Shown: one piece after another, positions 29,909-39,894 of the stretch
Numbering within the stretch: position 1 is the first letter of the stretch
How the letters are laid out: every line of letters begins with the position of its first letter
IMG/VR virus record: IMGVR_UViG_3300031132_000335
Origin: an uncultured virus (IMG/VR IMGVR_UViG_3300031132_000335)
Taxonomy: Duplodnaviria > Heunggongvirae > Uroviricota > Caudoviricetes
Direction: 5' to 3' (one strand)
DNA: 64,000 nt
Position numbers and translations under genes: made by a program
Notes under the pieces: generated by a model
What the model was told of the DNA's origin: nothing
What the model saw: only the letters and a program-made list of their open reading frames with translations
The model's database searches: none

Positions 29909-30079
29909 CTACTCGTAGTGGTCCTGGTTCATCTCATCGTTCATCCACTGCTCCGACTCGTCATCGTGCGGGAAGCTACGCGAGCAACCAGGGATGACGT
30001 TCCAACTCTTCGGAGCAGGACCAATCGGGTACAGGTAACGCAAGCCACTTTCGGAAGCAGAAGCAGGGATAAAGCTCAT
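29909..30079 (-). CDS. small protein (not in ORF track)
   Basis: SD GAAAGG; MSFIPASASESGLRYLYPIG... Confidence 0.5.
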   Translation of the reverse strand: MSFIPASASESGLRYLYPIGPAPKSWNVIPGCSRSFPHDDESEQWMNDEMNQDHYE

Positions 30080-30153
30080 GGAACTTACCTTTCAAAAAGT
30101 TGCAGCGCAGATCACCCTCTCACTCTCTGATGAGAAGGGTTGCAACCCCAAGC

Positions 30154-30702
30154 CTAACGGCGGCGAGCGCTGTTGGTGACCGTCCGACTATGGGTAGTGG
30201 TGGTAGTCACGGTGTAGCTCGCCTTGAAGCAGAGGAAGAGGACCAGACCGAGGATGACCCAGAACCACGCCCAGCCGTTGTTGATGCTGTGATGCTGGAA
30301 CATGTCCCAGACACCCCAACCAATCATGACGAGACCAGACAGCTTGATTCCGAGGAACACGACGAAGAGGACCACGAAGTTGAAGCCGAGGGTGGCGAAA
30401 CCGAGGATGGGAGCGAGGACCGAGTGCATCGTCTGCTGGCGGCGGAACTTGCGCTGGCGGCGGAGGACTTCCTCCTGGGAAATATGACGCTTGACTCGGA
30501 CGGGACGACCGTTGGCGTACTCCGTCTCAATGATGGTACGACCCTGACCATCCGCAGCGTACCAGCTGGTGCGCTCTTCACGACGAGGGAGGCCCGCCTC
30601 TGCCTGCTTGATGAGGCGAGCACGCTCCTGGCGCTCTGCGCGGTCACCCATGCGCTTGCCCATCTCACGTGCGTGCTGGTTCTTCTTCATCGTGATGCCC
30701 AT
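30154..30702 (-). CDS. membrane protein
   Basis: Basic N-terminus, 2-3 TM. Confidence 0.7.
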   Translation of the reverse strand: MGITMKKNQHAREMGKRMGDRAERQERARLIKQAEAGLPRREERTSWYAADGQGRTIIETEYANGRPVRVKRHISQEEVLRRQRKFRRQQTMHSVLAPILGFATLGFNFVVLFVVFLGIKLSGLVMIGWGVWDMFQHHSINNGWAWFWVILGLVLFLCFKASYTVTTTTTHSRTVTNSARRR

Positions 30703-30868
30703 GATGCTCTCCCTACGTTTGAGAAGGTCTCTCTCTGACCTCTTGCTTTCAGCGTACCACGGTTAGCAGCTCTGTCAACAGATGATCGGAAGTTTTTCCT
30801 GAGAAACAGCTGTAACCCCGAGTAGACATCTACTCGGGGTTACAGTATGCGGACAAGGACGGACAAAA

Positions 30869-31237
30869 TCAGTCCCAAATGGTCTTGGTCTCCCAGTAGT
30901 CCTGCTCCACATGGCGAGTCTTGATGCGACCCTCACGGAACTCTACCTTCCCATCAATGCCGCCCTTGAACGGGGAGAATGTCTCCTGGTACACAGGGTC
31001 AGGGAATAGTGCTGCGAACTCCTTACCGTCTGACTGGCGGCGAATGACGAACATGCCGTTACTGAACCCACGGCTGTAACGGCCTTCCAAGTGATGCAGA
31101 GCGACAGGAGCAAAGCCTTCCAGGTGGTGACTGAAATCAGCGCCAGCACCAAGTTCCTCATCAAAACACAGGTTCACCTTGTCAGCAGGCAAGTAGATGT
31201 TCTCAGGTCGCTCAGTAGTGAGAGTTGTTTCAGGCAT
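30869..31237 (-). CDS. hypothetical protein
   Basis: Paralog of 31230-31628 (FVI.R.SDGK.F). Confidence 0.7.
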   Translation of the reverse strand: MPETTLTTERPENIYLPADKVNLCFDEELGAGADFSHHLEGFAPVALHHLEGRYSRGFSNGMFVIRRQSDGKEFAALFPDPVYQETFSPFKGGIDGKVEFREGRIKTRHVEQDYWETKTIWD

Positions 31238-31628
31238 TTGTCGTTCCTTTGTAGTCCCAGATGGGGTTGAAATAGTCTGATTGAGGGTCAGCAGAGAGAG
31301 GGTCGGCGAAGCCGTAGGCAGTAGCCTGGATAACCTTTGTTACCAGCTCATGGAACTCCACGACTTCCTGACCATTGTGAAGTGTGATATGGACAGGGCC
31401 GTAGTAAGCAGAATACGCGCTGCACTTACAACCGAAGAGCTTGCCATCGCTGTCACGCTTGATGACAAAAAGACCAACCAGATTATCCTGGTGGCGAGGG
31501 AAATACGGGTCCTGGATATGGGAAATCGTGAAACCCTCAATTTCTTCACTCGGCTTGTGGTCATAGCCGTAGGCACGCTCAAAAGCCTCCTGCGCAATTT
31601 CAGGCTTGATGTAAACAGTTTCAGACAA
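31230..31628 (-). CDS. hypothetical protein
   Basis: TTG start with SD GGGAGAG; paralog of 30869-31237. Confidence 0.65.
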   Translation of the reverse strand: MSETVYIKPEIAQEAFERAYGYDHKPSEEIEGFTISHIQDPYFPRHQDNLVGLFVIKRDSDGKLFGCKCSAYSAYYGPVHITLHNGQEVVEFHELVTKVIQATAYGFADPLSADPQSDYFNPIWDYKGTTNA

Positions 31629-31863
31629 GTAGACTCTCCCTTAGTAAATGGTCTCTCTGATGCAACGGTAGCATATTTCATAACTATTGTCTACCCTTCG
31701 GGAAAAGACAGAGAGTAAGCTGAGGGGCTTAGCTGGAACGAACTCACTGACCGGCCAGAACTTGAATAATATTTTACTGGAAATCTTCACGAAGAGGTTG
31801 CGCTTGTCAGGGGTGTACGCTACGCTCAGATCAGATAGCCCAATGAGTAGAGAGTGAGCGGCT

Positions 31864-33402
31864 ATGTTCAAGAAGCTTGCAGCGGTGGTAGTCATCGCTG
31901 GCGCGACCCTGTTTGGGGCTGTTGCCCCAGCTCAGGCAGCAGAGCAGACCCCTGTTGTTCTTGACGGTGGGGACATGTTCTCCGCTGACCAGGAGATTCA
32001 GCTGACCGCCGCCATTCAGGGCGCTGACGAGAAGTACGGTCTCCGCTTCGTTGTGGAGACTGTGGGCAACCTGGACGGTAAGGACATCGTTTCCTACACT
32101 GAGCAGCGTGCTACTGACCTGGGTGTGGGTGAGAAGGGTGCGGACAACGGCGTGTTCATCCTGACCTCCCGTGACGACCACAAGGTGCAGATTCAGACAG
32201 GCAACGGCGTTGCTCCGAACGTATCTGACTCTGATGTGCAGTCCATCGTGGATTCTTCGGTTCTCCCGCAGTTCCGTGAGGGGAATTTCTACCAGGGAAC
32301 TGTTGACGGCATCAACGCTGTTGGAGCAAAGTACACGAACGAGCAGGCCACCCTGTACTCTCAGGCGGAGAACGCAGTCAACAATGCCATCATGCTTCAC
32401 CTCCTTGGGCTGATTCTGGTTGTTGTTATCTTGGCCGTTTTCTTTACTGTTATCCTCCCGAAGATTCGCAGCACCATCAAGCGTGTGAAGCGTGAGCGTG
32501 CGTATGAGGAGAAGAAGCGGAAGATTGCTGAGGCTGCTGCTGAGGAGGCAAAGAAGCAGGCGTACCGTCTTGCAGTGAAGGATGCTGTTGCTGACACGGT
32601 GAACATCCTCATGGCTTCCCCGAAGCAGGAGGTTCATTTCTTGACGGTTAGCCCGAAGAACCGTGAGCGCATTGCTACTGAGGCTCTTGCTGAGGTATTC
32701 ACTGAGTTCCCGAACGAGGACCAGGCTTCACTGGTTCAGGACTTCTCTACTGAGTTCCTTCGTCGTCAGAAGCGCATTGTTGCGAACAAGCACCGTGCGT
32801 TCAACCTGACACACAACGAGCCGCAGAGCTTTGAGTTTGAGCGTGCTTCGTTCAAGGATGCCCTCGTGACGTACGAGGAGCGTTGCAAGAAGGCTCGCAG
32901 TGAGGATGACCGTCGCCGTGAGTTGCAGCGGAAGCAGAAGGCTGAGGAGCAGCGTCTTCGCATGGAGCGTGAGAAGATTGCCAAGCGTGAGCGTGAGGCT
33001 CGTGCGGCTGCGGCTGAGGAGCGTAAGCGTTTGGAGAAGGCCGCAGCAAAGGCTCTGTGGAGCAAGATTCCTGCTGAGGGTAAGCGTTCCATCAAGATGG
33101 CTCATACCAAGGCTATGAAGACTGAGGTGTTGGGCATCTACAACGACTCCCCGCTGGACAACGCGGTGATGTTCGGTGTCCTGTATGGCCTGTACAGCTC
33201 GCAGATTGGCGCGCCTGCATCGGACTACTACGGCTCCTCCTCCCGTTCGTCCTCCTCGTCTACGCACGACAGTGGTTACACCTCTCGTTCCTCCTCGCAC
33301 GGTTCCTCGGGTGGCGGAAGCTACACATCCCCGTCATTTGACTCGGGTTCGTATGGTGGAGGCAGCTTTGACAGCGGCTCTGCGGGCGGCGGAAGCTGGT
33401 AA
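31864..33402 (+). CDS. TPM-domain (YgcG-like) membrane protein
   Basis: Signal peptide, GEKGADNGVFIL, PQFREGNFYQG, TM, coiled coil, GGGSF..GGGSW tail. Confidence 0.85.
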   Translation: MFKKLAAVVVIAGATLFGAVAPAQAAEQTPVVLDGGDMFSADQEIQLTAAIQGADEKYGLRFVVETVGNLDGKDIVSYTEQRATDLGVGEKGADNGVFILTSRDDHKVQIQTGNGVAPNVSDSDVQSIVDSSVLPQFREGNFYQGTVDGINAVGAKYTNEQATLYSQAENAVNNAIMLHLLGLILVVVILAVFFTVILPKIRSTIKRVKRERAYEEKKRKIAEAAAEEAKKQAYRLAVKDAVADTVNILMASPKQEVHFLTVSPKNRERIATEALAEVFTEFPNEDQASLVQDFSTEFLRRQKRIVANKHRAFNLTHNEPQSFEFERASFKDALVTYEERCKKARSEDDRRRELQRKQKAEEQRLRMEREKIAKREREARAAAAEERKRLEKAAAKALWSKIPAEGKRSIKMAHTKAMKTEVLGIYNDSPLDNAVMFGVLYGLYSSQIGAPASDYYGSSSRSSSSSTHDSGYTSRSSSHGSSGGGSYTSPSFDSGSYGGGSFDSGSAGGGSW

Positions 33403-33466
33403 CATCAAATAAGCGAGGGAAAGTACCAACTTGGTACTTTCCCTCGCTTATTTTTATCCAGACCCG

Positions 33467-34087
33467 TCAAATACGCTCAGGGTTCAAATACTCCAAAGAG
33501 ATAGCTTTGACAGTGAGTAACGTTTGCACCATTGTTACAGCTTCTTCCAATAGGATGCGCTCTAATGAGAAAGATTGTAGCTGAGGGTTTTGCTCCCTCA
33601 GCTCAGCGGCATCTTCTGGATTGGAGTTTAGCATAGACATAACATTTTCTGCTGCATGCTGTAATGACTGCTCCTGCTGTAATTGGGCGAGTAGAAGCAT
33701 CCCAGCATCTCTTAATGGGAATATTACTCCATTGGAGAAAAATGTAGCTGTCTCAGCTGTTTCATCTTGAAGCGTGATAGCGTTCCGTATAACTGGAAAA
33801 ACATCTAACTCTGCCAGACCTGCCTGTTTGTTCATAACATGAATTAAGTGATTACGAGCTGCACTAAGCAGAAAGCCTTTGTCATTCACCGAAAGTTGAC
33901 TGGTATCCTCGAAGTGAGGAAGGTTTGCAAGAAGGACATATTGTTCGGCTGAAAGCTTGTAACCAAATTGCTTTCTTGCTGGGAGTTCTGTCACTGTTAT
34001 CTTGTAGTCTCCCTGAGAGTCAAGACTCCCTAAGGGTAATAGCACCACATCTGGGTCGTGAAAAATAGAAGGATCAAAAACATGCAT
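33467..34087 (-). CDS. hypothetical protein (AT-richer)
   Basis: Long ORF; start uncertain. Confidence 0.55.
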   Translation of the reverse strand: MHVFDPSIFHDPDVVLLPLGSLDSQGDYKITVTELPARKQFGYKLSAEQYVLLANLPHFEDTSQLSVNDKGFLLSAARNHLIHVMNKQAGLAELDVFPVIRNAITLQDETAETATFFSNGVIFPLRDAGMLLLAQLQQEQSLQHAAENVMSMLNSNPEDAAELREQNPQLQSFSLERILLEEAVTMVQTLLTVKAISLEYLNPERI

Positions 34088-34261
34088 AACAACGATTCTT
34101 TCTTTGATAATTATGTCTTTGGTTATAGGCTGAGAACAAAAAGATTTCCCCAGTGGTTGTCTAGCTTTTCGAGGGATCATATGGTAGAATTCACCCGATC
34201 AAGAGTTTATTTAGATACCAGCAGGCTCTTTTCATTTTCGTAAACATGATTGGAAAAAGAC

Positions 34262-34711
34262 ATGACTGACACAGCTTCAAATGACCTGCTCAACGGAGCT
34301 GTCAACAAGCTCAAAGAGAAGATGCGCCTTACCCTGCGTAAGACTGTGGAGAAGCAGTTGCAGACACAGCGGGTAAAAGTTCCGAACGTCAAGGACTACT
34401 CCGAGAAGTACCTTGCGGAGCGAGCAGCATTTGTTCGCATGTGGGAGCAGGTTTGCACGGAGGGTCAGGAGAAGGGTTTCCTGGCCTGGACGAACGACCA
34501 TCCTGGCTCTCACCTTGCCGCAAACGAGGAGACGACCTACGTGGATGGTGAGAGTTTCGCTGACACGGAAGAGGAGTTCCAGACCGCTGTTGATGAGGAA
34601 GTGGAGCGTCGCTTGGAGGACTACGAGCAGACCCTCCGGAAGGAAGCAGCAGGTGTGAAGAACGGAGCTGCATATCTGAGGACTGTCTACAACCGTAGGA
34701 TGCAGCGCTAA
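34262..34711 (+). CDS. hypothetical protein
   Basis: Typical codon usage. Confidence 0.7.
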   Translation: MTDTASNDLLNGAVNKLKEKMRLTLRKTVEKQLQTQRVKVPNVKDYSEKYLAERAAFVRMWEQVCTEGQEKGFLAWTNDHPGSHLAANEETTYVDGESFADTEEEFQTAVDEEVERRLEDYEQTLRKEAAGVKNGAAYLRTVYNRRMQR

Positions 34712-34766
34712 CTCACTGCTCTGCCCTCCTCGTCACCACCATATAAAGTAGGCCCAAATCAGAGCT

Positions 34767-34840
34767 ATACCCGCTACTTCCTTGATTTTACAGGGAAGTA
34801 GCGGGTATTTGTTTGACAAAAGACGGAAAAAACTGACCTG
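34767..34840 (+). repeat. conserved hairpin + TTGACAAAAGACGG element, copy 2
   Basis: Matches 21552-21620 with a covarying outer stem. Confidence 0.7.
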
Positions 34841-34884
34841 TGAAAGGGGTGGCATCTATGAGTTTGTTATGGTAGGATCACAGC

Positions 34885-35253
34885 ATGAGCAAACTCACTT
34901 ACTTCGTCGCTGTGACCCGCAGGCAGTACGAGCGTGCAGTCAAGAAGAACAAGCGCGTCATGTGCAGTGTCTTCAACTACGAAGCGAAGCCTCTCTCCTA
35001 CTCGTGGCACCACTACCAGGAAACTCCTGGACTTGATAATGGGAAGAACCTTCGCACGTACTACTACGTGGAAACCACTGCTGACGGGTATGAGCGATTC
35101 TCCTCCCATCGCCGTAAGATGCGTCGGGGCGGACAGATGGCTTGGAGTAAGCAGAACTTCATTGAACTTTTGAACCCCGAGAGCTATCGTCATGCTGACT
35201 TTGGCGCTGAGTTCACTGAGTGGATTGCTCAGCGATTCCAGACTGTCAATTAG
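34885..35253 (+). CDS. hypothetical protein
   Basis: Leaderless TAGGAT-N6-ATG. Confidence 0.7.
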   Translation: MSKLTYFVAVTRRQYERAVKKNKRVMCSVFNYEAKPLSYSWHHYQETPGLDNGKNLRTYYYVETTADGYERFSSHRRKMRRGGQMAWSKQNFIELLNPESYRHADFGAEFTEWIAQRFQTVN

Positions 35254-35265
35254 GAAGGAAAAGAC

Positions 35266-36120
35266 ATGAAGGTCATGGACCAAAACATTCGCAGTTTTCA
35301 GGACCTTGAAGCTGCATATGATGAGTACCTGAGTTTTCACGAGGGTGATGATTCAGTCAAATTTTTTGTGGAATGGAATGACTACACTCTGTATCCTTTC
35401 ACGTGCCATTACTGCAATGAGGAATTCGTCGCTTATGTGAAAGAGGTGCAGAAGGTTCTTCCGAATCTCTGTTCACCTGAGCATCAGGTTCTCCACCAGC
35501 TCAGTCATGTTCATCCTAATGACAAGGCTGGCATTGAGGCTGTCCTCGGTAAGCTTCAAGCGATGGGTCTCGTCAAGGAAGCGATGAAGACTCTGAGCAT
35601 CGTCAACAATGATGAGTACGTTCAGGAGACCTATAAGCCGCAGCGCCGTCAGGTTCCTACTACTCGTGAGCATGTTCAGAAGGTGAGCAAGCGTCGGTCT
35701 ACGGAGCGGATGCTGGACTTCCGTTGCCCGACCCCGTACAAGCAGACGTTCCACTCTTTGGATGAGGCGCAGAGTTTCATTGACATGGTGCATTCCGATG
35801 ACCCAGGTCTGGAACCGTACTTGTGTCGCTGTGGAGCACACCATTTTGGTCACAAGAAGGGCACGAAGCGTCTGGGAACCCCTCTGGCAGCCCCTGTGAG
35901 CGATTCTGAGGCTCTTTGGTGCGTGTCACCTAAGCTGACCCATTACGCCACTGCTGAGGCCGCAGAAGCCTACGTAGCGGAAGAGGTTCCTGCTGAGGTC
36001 GCAGCCCTGGGTGTTCGGGTGAAGAAGTGTTCCTGTGACAGATACCGTCTGAGCTTCTCTGGGGCGGCACGTGAGAAGCAGAGGAAGCTCACAAGCCAGC
36101 GCCGCATGGCCATCTCTTAG
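35266..36120 (+). CDS. Cys/His-rich putative Zn-binding protein
   Basis: CHYC; CPTPYK...YLCRCGAHH, partly repeated as CVSPK...CSC. Confidence 0.65.
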   Translation: MKVMDQNIRSFQDLEAAYDEYLSFHEGDDSVKFFVEWNDYTLYPFTCHYCNEEFVAYVKEVQKVLPNLCSPEHQVLHQLSHVHPNDKAGIEAVLGKLQAMGLVKEAMKTLSIVNNDEYVQETYKPQRRQVPTTREHVQKVSKRRSTERMLDFRCPTPYKQTFHSLDEAQSFIDMVHSDDPGLEPYLCRCGAHHFGHKKGTKRLGTPLAAPVSDSEALWCVSPKLTHYATAEAAEAYVAEEVPAEVAALGVRVKKCSCDRYRLSFSGAAREKQRKLTSQRRMAIS

Positions 36121-36173
36121 TAAAAAGACATTGCCTCCACTGAATTATCAAGGTGGAGGCAATGTCTTTTAGG

Positions 36174-36398
36174 TTAGAGGGAGATGCTTGAATCAAGCCA
36201 TTGCTGAGACCAATCGTGGAACTCATGAGTTGAATCAGAGTGAGCGTCTTCTGCCACAGCTGTCATCTGTGCATCAACCTGATTCGGGCAGCAATCGTAG
36301 AAAAGGTCCATGTGGCGATACTCTGCTCCCAGCTTTCGGAAACGAAGATACATCTCCACACGGTTACGAACCTGGTGGTCGGACAAAGTGGCAGTCAT
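36174..36398 (-). CDS. hypothetical protein
   Basis: SD AAGGAG. Confidence 0.6.
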   Translation of the reverse strand: MTATLSDHQVRNRVEMYLRFRKLGAEYRHMDLFYDCCPNQVDAQMTAVAEDAHSDSTHEFHDWSQQWLDSSISL

Positions 36399-36551
36399 CT
36401 TGGTACTCCTTCAAAAGTTTTGGGAATGACGCTTTTCAGCAAGTACTATATCATATAGTCCAACAAAGTTACAAATTAGAACTATGTGTCGTTTAATGGC
36501 TGTGGCCTCCCTGAAAATTTTCAGGGAGGCCACAGCCATTAAACGAGTGAA

Positions 36552-36971
36552 CTACTTGCGACCCAAAGTGAAGTAGCAGCTGATGATGACGACTGGAACC
36601 CACACGATGAACCCGAGAACAGCTCCGAGAATCCACCCGACTGTTGTTCCATCCCAGTTGTTGTTGATGCCGTTCACGACATTCGTCACGACGATGCCAG
36701 TAAGAGCGATGAAGCCTGCGACGATGAGGGTGATTGAGGTGAATGCGCCAGGGATGAAGAAACCCGTGTCAATGAAGATGCAAGCAGTCGTGACGGAGAA
36801 GCCCCAAATGATGAATCCAAGGACAGCTCCGAGAATCCAGCCGACAACTTCACCGCTCCAACCGTTGTTGATGCCGTTCACGATGTTAGTGATGACGATG
36901 ATGCCACCTGCGAGAAGACCTGCCAGGACCAACAGTACGCCCGTAACGGTGACAGTAAAAAATCCCTTCAT
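36552..36971 (-). CDS. membrane protein with internal duplication
   Basis: TN.VNGINN.W.G..VGWILGAVLGFI.W occurs twice. Confidence 0.75.
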   Translation of the reverse strand: MKGFFTVTVTGVLLVLAGLLAGGIIVITNIVNGINNGWSGEVVGWILGAVLGFIIWGFSVTTACIFIDTGFFIPGAFTSITLIVAGFIALTGIVVTNVVNGINNNWDGTTVGWILGAVLGFIVWVPVVIISCYFTLGRK

Positions 36972-36973
36972 GG

Positions 36974-37291
36974 CTACCGCTCACCTCGTCCGAGGCAGGA
37001 GCTGCAACGAACACGCTCAGTAACTGTCCTGTATCGCGGGAAAAGACCCACACCAAGAGCAGAACCCATAATAATGGAGGAGGTGGTGTCCAGCTCAGTA
37101 CGGTTCTCTGTACGGTATCCACTGCCATTGCAGTAAACGCAAAGCGTCTTGTCCTCAGTCTTAGTCGTCACCTGGCGAGCCTGCTCCCTCGCGGCAGTCA
37201 CGTTGGCCTGAGCTGCTGCGAGGGCTGCCTCTGCCGTTGCCAGGGCTGCGTCGGCTTCTACCTGAGCTTCGTTCTTGTTGTTCTCCGTCAT
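36974..37291 (-). CDS. DnaJ-type Zn-finger protein
   Basis: CVYCNGSG and CSSCLGRG; leaderless. Confidence 0.65.
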   Translation of the reverse strand: MTENNKNEAQVEADAALATAEAALAAAQANVTAAREQARQVTTKTEDKTLCVYCNGSGYRTENRTELDTTSSIIMGSALGVGLFPRYRTVTERVRCSSCLGRGER

Positions 37292-37468
37292 ACCTAAACT
37301 CTACCCACAGCTACTGAGGCTTGTCAACCTCAGTAGCAAAAAAAATTCTGAGAGCAGGAACTGGTCAGTGCGACTCTACGAACACACCGATCCATCCTTA
37401 GTTGGAGCAAAGAAAAAGGGATGCTAACCCTTTGCTGGGTTAGCATCCCTTGAAAAATCTGAGGTGAA

Positions 37469-37753
37469 TCAGATGTAGTGGATGTTGTTCTCGTACGCCT
37501 CAACAAGGTGGCCCTTGCCCTGCGAGTAGAGACGGTCCAGGTCATCCTGGGTCGGCTCGCCGCAGAAGTGGTCGCAGTCGCCGTTCAGGCAGTCCATGTC
37601 TGCGTCCTCAACCAGGTTGAAGATGCCCTTACGGGTCTTCTCCCGCTCGTTCTCAGCAGCGATGTCAGCGAACCAGGTGTCCAGGTCGTCCGTCGTCGTC
37701 TCCTCGTCAACAGCGGTGAACTTGGTGTCGTCAATCTCGTCAAACTCGGTCAT
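37469..37753 (-). CDS. acidic hypothetical protein
   Basis: SD AGGAG. Confidence 0.7.
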   Translation of the reverse strand: MTEFDEIDDTKFTAVDEETTTDDLDTWFADIAAENEREKTRKGIFNLVEDADMDCLNGDCDHFCGEPTQDDLDRLYSQGKGHLVEAYENNIHYI

Positions 37754-37965
37754 GGTTGGTTCTCCTAAATCTTGGGGAAGCTGGGTGATTGCTTCGTTGA
37801 CACCACTCTATACACAACCTGGTTGGTGATGCAACTCCAAACCGAAATTTTTTCCTGAAAATTAGCTGTGACAGGTGCTGCGGAAGGATGCAATTGCAAG
37901 CACCGTTCAACTGTGATAGGCTTACCGAGTACCAACGACATGTACCAATAAGAAGAGAGAACTAC

Positions 37966-38262
37966 ATGCCCTACGACATGATTCGTGAGCCTGATGAGAC
38001 CAACGTCAAGTACCTGGACTCCATGTACATGGACAATCCTTGGCGGGATATCATCTGGGATGCGCACAACAAGCTCGTCCAGATTGACCCTGACTACACC
38101 ATCACCCAGGTGAAGGCGAAGTTCAACCGTCTCCGTTTCTACTACTCGCCGTCCCAGCCGCAGTTCCGTGAGCAGATGGGCGCAGTGATTGCAGAAGCTG
38201 AGGCAGCAGTGGACAAGTTGGAGAACGTGAAGAGCATCGGAGCCAGGTCTCTGAACCTGTAA
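37966..38262 (+). CDS. hypothetical protein
   Basis: QVKAKFNRLRFYY resembles the phage QxKEKFGxLRFY family. Confidence 0.65.
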   Translation: MPYDMIREPDETNVKYLDSMYMDNPWRDIIWDAHNKLVQIDPDYTITQVKAKFNRLRFYYSPSQPQFREQMGAVIAEAEAAVDKLENVKSIGARSLNL

Positions 38263-38370
38263 ACTCTGAGTTTACGATTTCCCGTAAAAGACGAAAATCA
38301 GATGGCGCACAAATACTCATTTTTGTGCGCCATCTGCCGTTCAATCTCTAAACCATGTTAGGATGAGCGC

Positions 38371-38979
38371 ATGACGAAAAAACTCCACGATCAATTTCTC
38401 ACCGATGTAGTCGGTCATGAGATGACAGTTCTCAAAGATGATGGGCTGTACCGTCATCTGCTTGTTAAGAACCCTCATGAATCAACCTACTGGTATGAAA
38501 TTACCACCACTCCGAATCTCATCACCATTCATGGAGATATGGGAACATATGTGTTTAGCGCACACGGTCGTGATGACATGTTTGTCTTCTTCCGTAACGA
38601 CCTTGGCTACATCAATGAGCAATACTGGACTGAGAAGCTCATCGCGTGTGATGACGAACCACGGAAGTACTCTCAGACCAACTTCACTGAAACCATCATT
38701 GATGTGCTGCGAGAAGAAATGGAATGGGAAGGTGAGAAGCTCACGCACGATGAAGCCAAGACTATCCTTAAACCAGTGTTGGCTTTCGTCTACTCAGAGT
38801 ATGACGCACGAGAAGCGCTGGAAGCTTTCGAATACAAGGGCTTCTCCTTCTCTGATACCTGGGAGTACGATTTCAAGGACTACCGTCACAGCTACCTCTG
38901 GTGCTTGCATGCCATCGTTTGGGCTATCTACAAATACGACGAAGCGAAGAAGACTGAGGCAGAGCCTAAGGTAGCTTGA
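38371..38979 (+). CDS. conserved phage-type hypothetical protein
   Basis: DDGLYRHL, GDMGTYVF, YLWCLHAIVWAI; leaderless. Confidence 0.75.
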   Translation: MTKKLHDQFLTDVVGHEMTVLKDDGLYRHLLVKNPHESTYWYEITTTPNLITIHGDMGTYVFSAHGRDDMFVFFRNDLGYINEQYWTEKLIACDDEPRKYSQTNFTETIIDVLREEMEWEGEKLTHDEAKTILKPVLAFVYSEYDAREALEAFEYKGFSFSDTWEYDFKDYRHSYLWCLHAIVWAIYKYDEAKKTEAEPKVA

Positions 38980-39039
38980 CTTTCCTGAGAGTTTCAGGGC
39001 AAGCGTTGCGTTCCTCGCAAAAGTATGTAGAGTAGAGGC

Positions 39040-39351
39040 ATGACTACACACTACGGCGTTTACAGCGCACGTTCCCCTGAGGGTGTTCGCCTTCATGCTC
39101 GGGCTTGGGCTGACACCAACTACCAGCTTTCCCAGTGGTACATCGTCAATCTCCTGGCTGTGTTCGTTGCTGTTGCAATGGCAGGGTTGGGTGTCTCCAT
39201 GTTCACAACTGGGCAGGTCGGCATCGGCAGCATCGCCAGCTTGGTCTTCATCGGAGCTATCGCTGCTTTGAACTTCGTCCGCAAGCAGGTACGAATGTGG
39301 AGTAACGCATTGCGGACGCTGGAAAAGGAAGCTCAGGAAAGCCGCTGGTGA
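39040..39351 (+). CDS. membrane protein (2 TM)
   Basis: Leaderless TAGAGT-N6-ATG; upstream region similar to that of 39491. Confidence 0.7.
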   Translation: MTTHYGVYSARSPEGVRLHARAWADTNYQLSQWYIVNLLAVFVAVAMAGLGVSMFTTGQVGIGSIASLVFIGAIAALNFVRKQVRMWSNALRTLEKEAQESRW

Positions 39352-39490
39352 GATAGTAGAAGTCCCCGAACAGCTCTTGTTCGGGGACTTCCTCATTTAA
39401 ACGAAAAGACAGCCGTAGCGACATGAACTACTTTCCTGAGAGTTTCAGGATCGGTGTTGCATTTTGCGGCCAGAGGTGTAGAGTAGCGGT

Positions 39491-39838
39491 ATGAAGCGAT
39501 ACCGACTCATCAATCCTAGCACCTACAAGAGTGGGGTGGCTATTGAATCCATCAGACTCCGAGTAGCTGACCAGAAAGAGATGTGGCTTATTCTCTCCCT
39601 GGCGCTCAGCTTCCTCCCCGCTATCTCATTTGTCGTCCTGCTCCTTGCAGGACTTTCGGCAATCAACAGCAACATCGCAATTGTGCCTGTTGTCCTTTCC
39701 CCTCTGTTCATCGTGATTCACAGTCTCATTGTCACAGTTGGTGGAGCTGCGGCTGTCTACACGGGACGTGAGTGTGGACGCTGGGAGAAGGAACTGGACC
39801 GTCTTCACACAGCGCAGATGGCTATGTACCGCCTGTAA
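39491..39838 (+). CDS. membrane protein (2 TM)
   Basis: Leaderless; same terminator family as the preceding gene. Confidence 0.7.
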   Translation: MKRYRLINPSTYKSGVAIESIRLRVADQKEMWLILSLALSFLPAISFVVLLLAGLSAINSNIAIVPVVLSPLFIVIHSLIVTVGGAAAVYTGRECGRWEKELDRLHTAQMAMYRL

Positions 39839-39894
39839 GATGTAAATGAGGAAAGCCCCGAACGATTCTTGTTCGGGGCTTTCCTCATTTTAGG

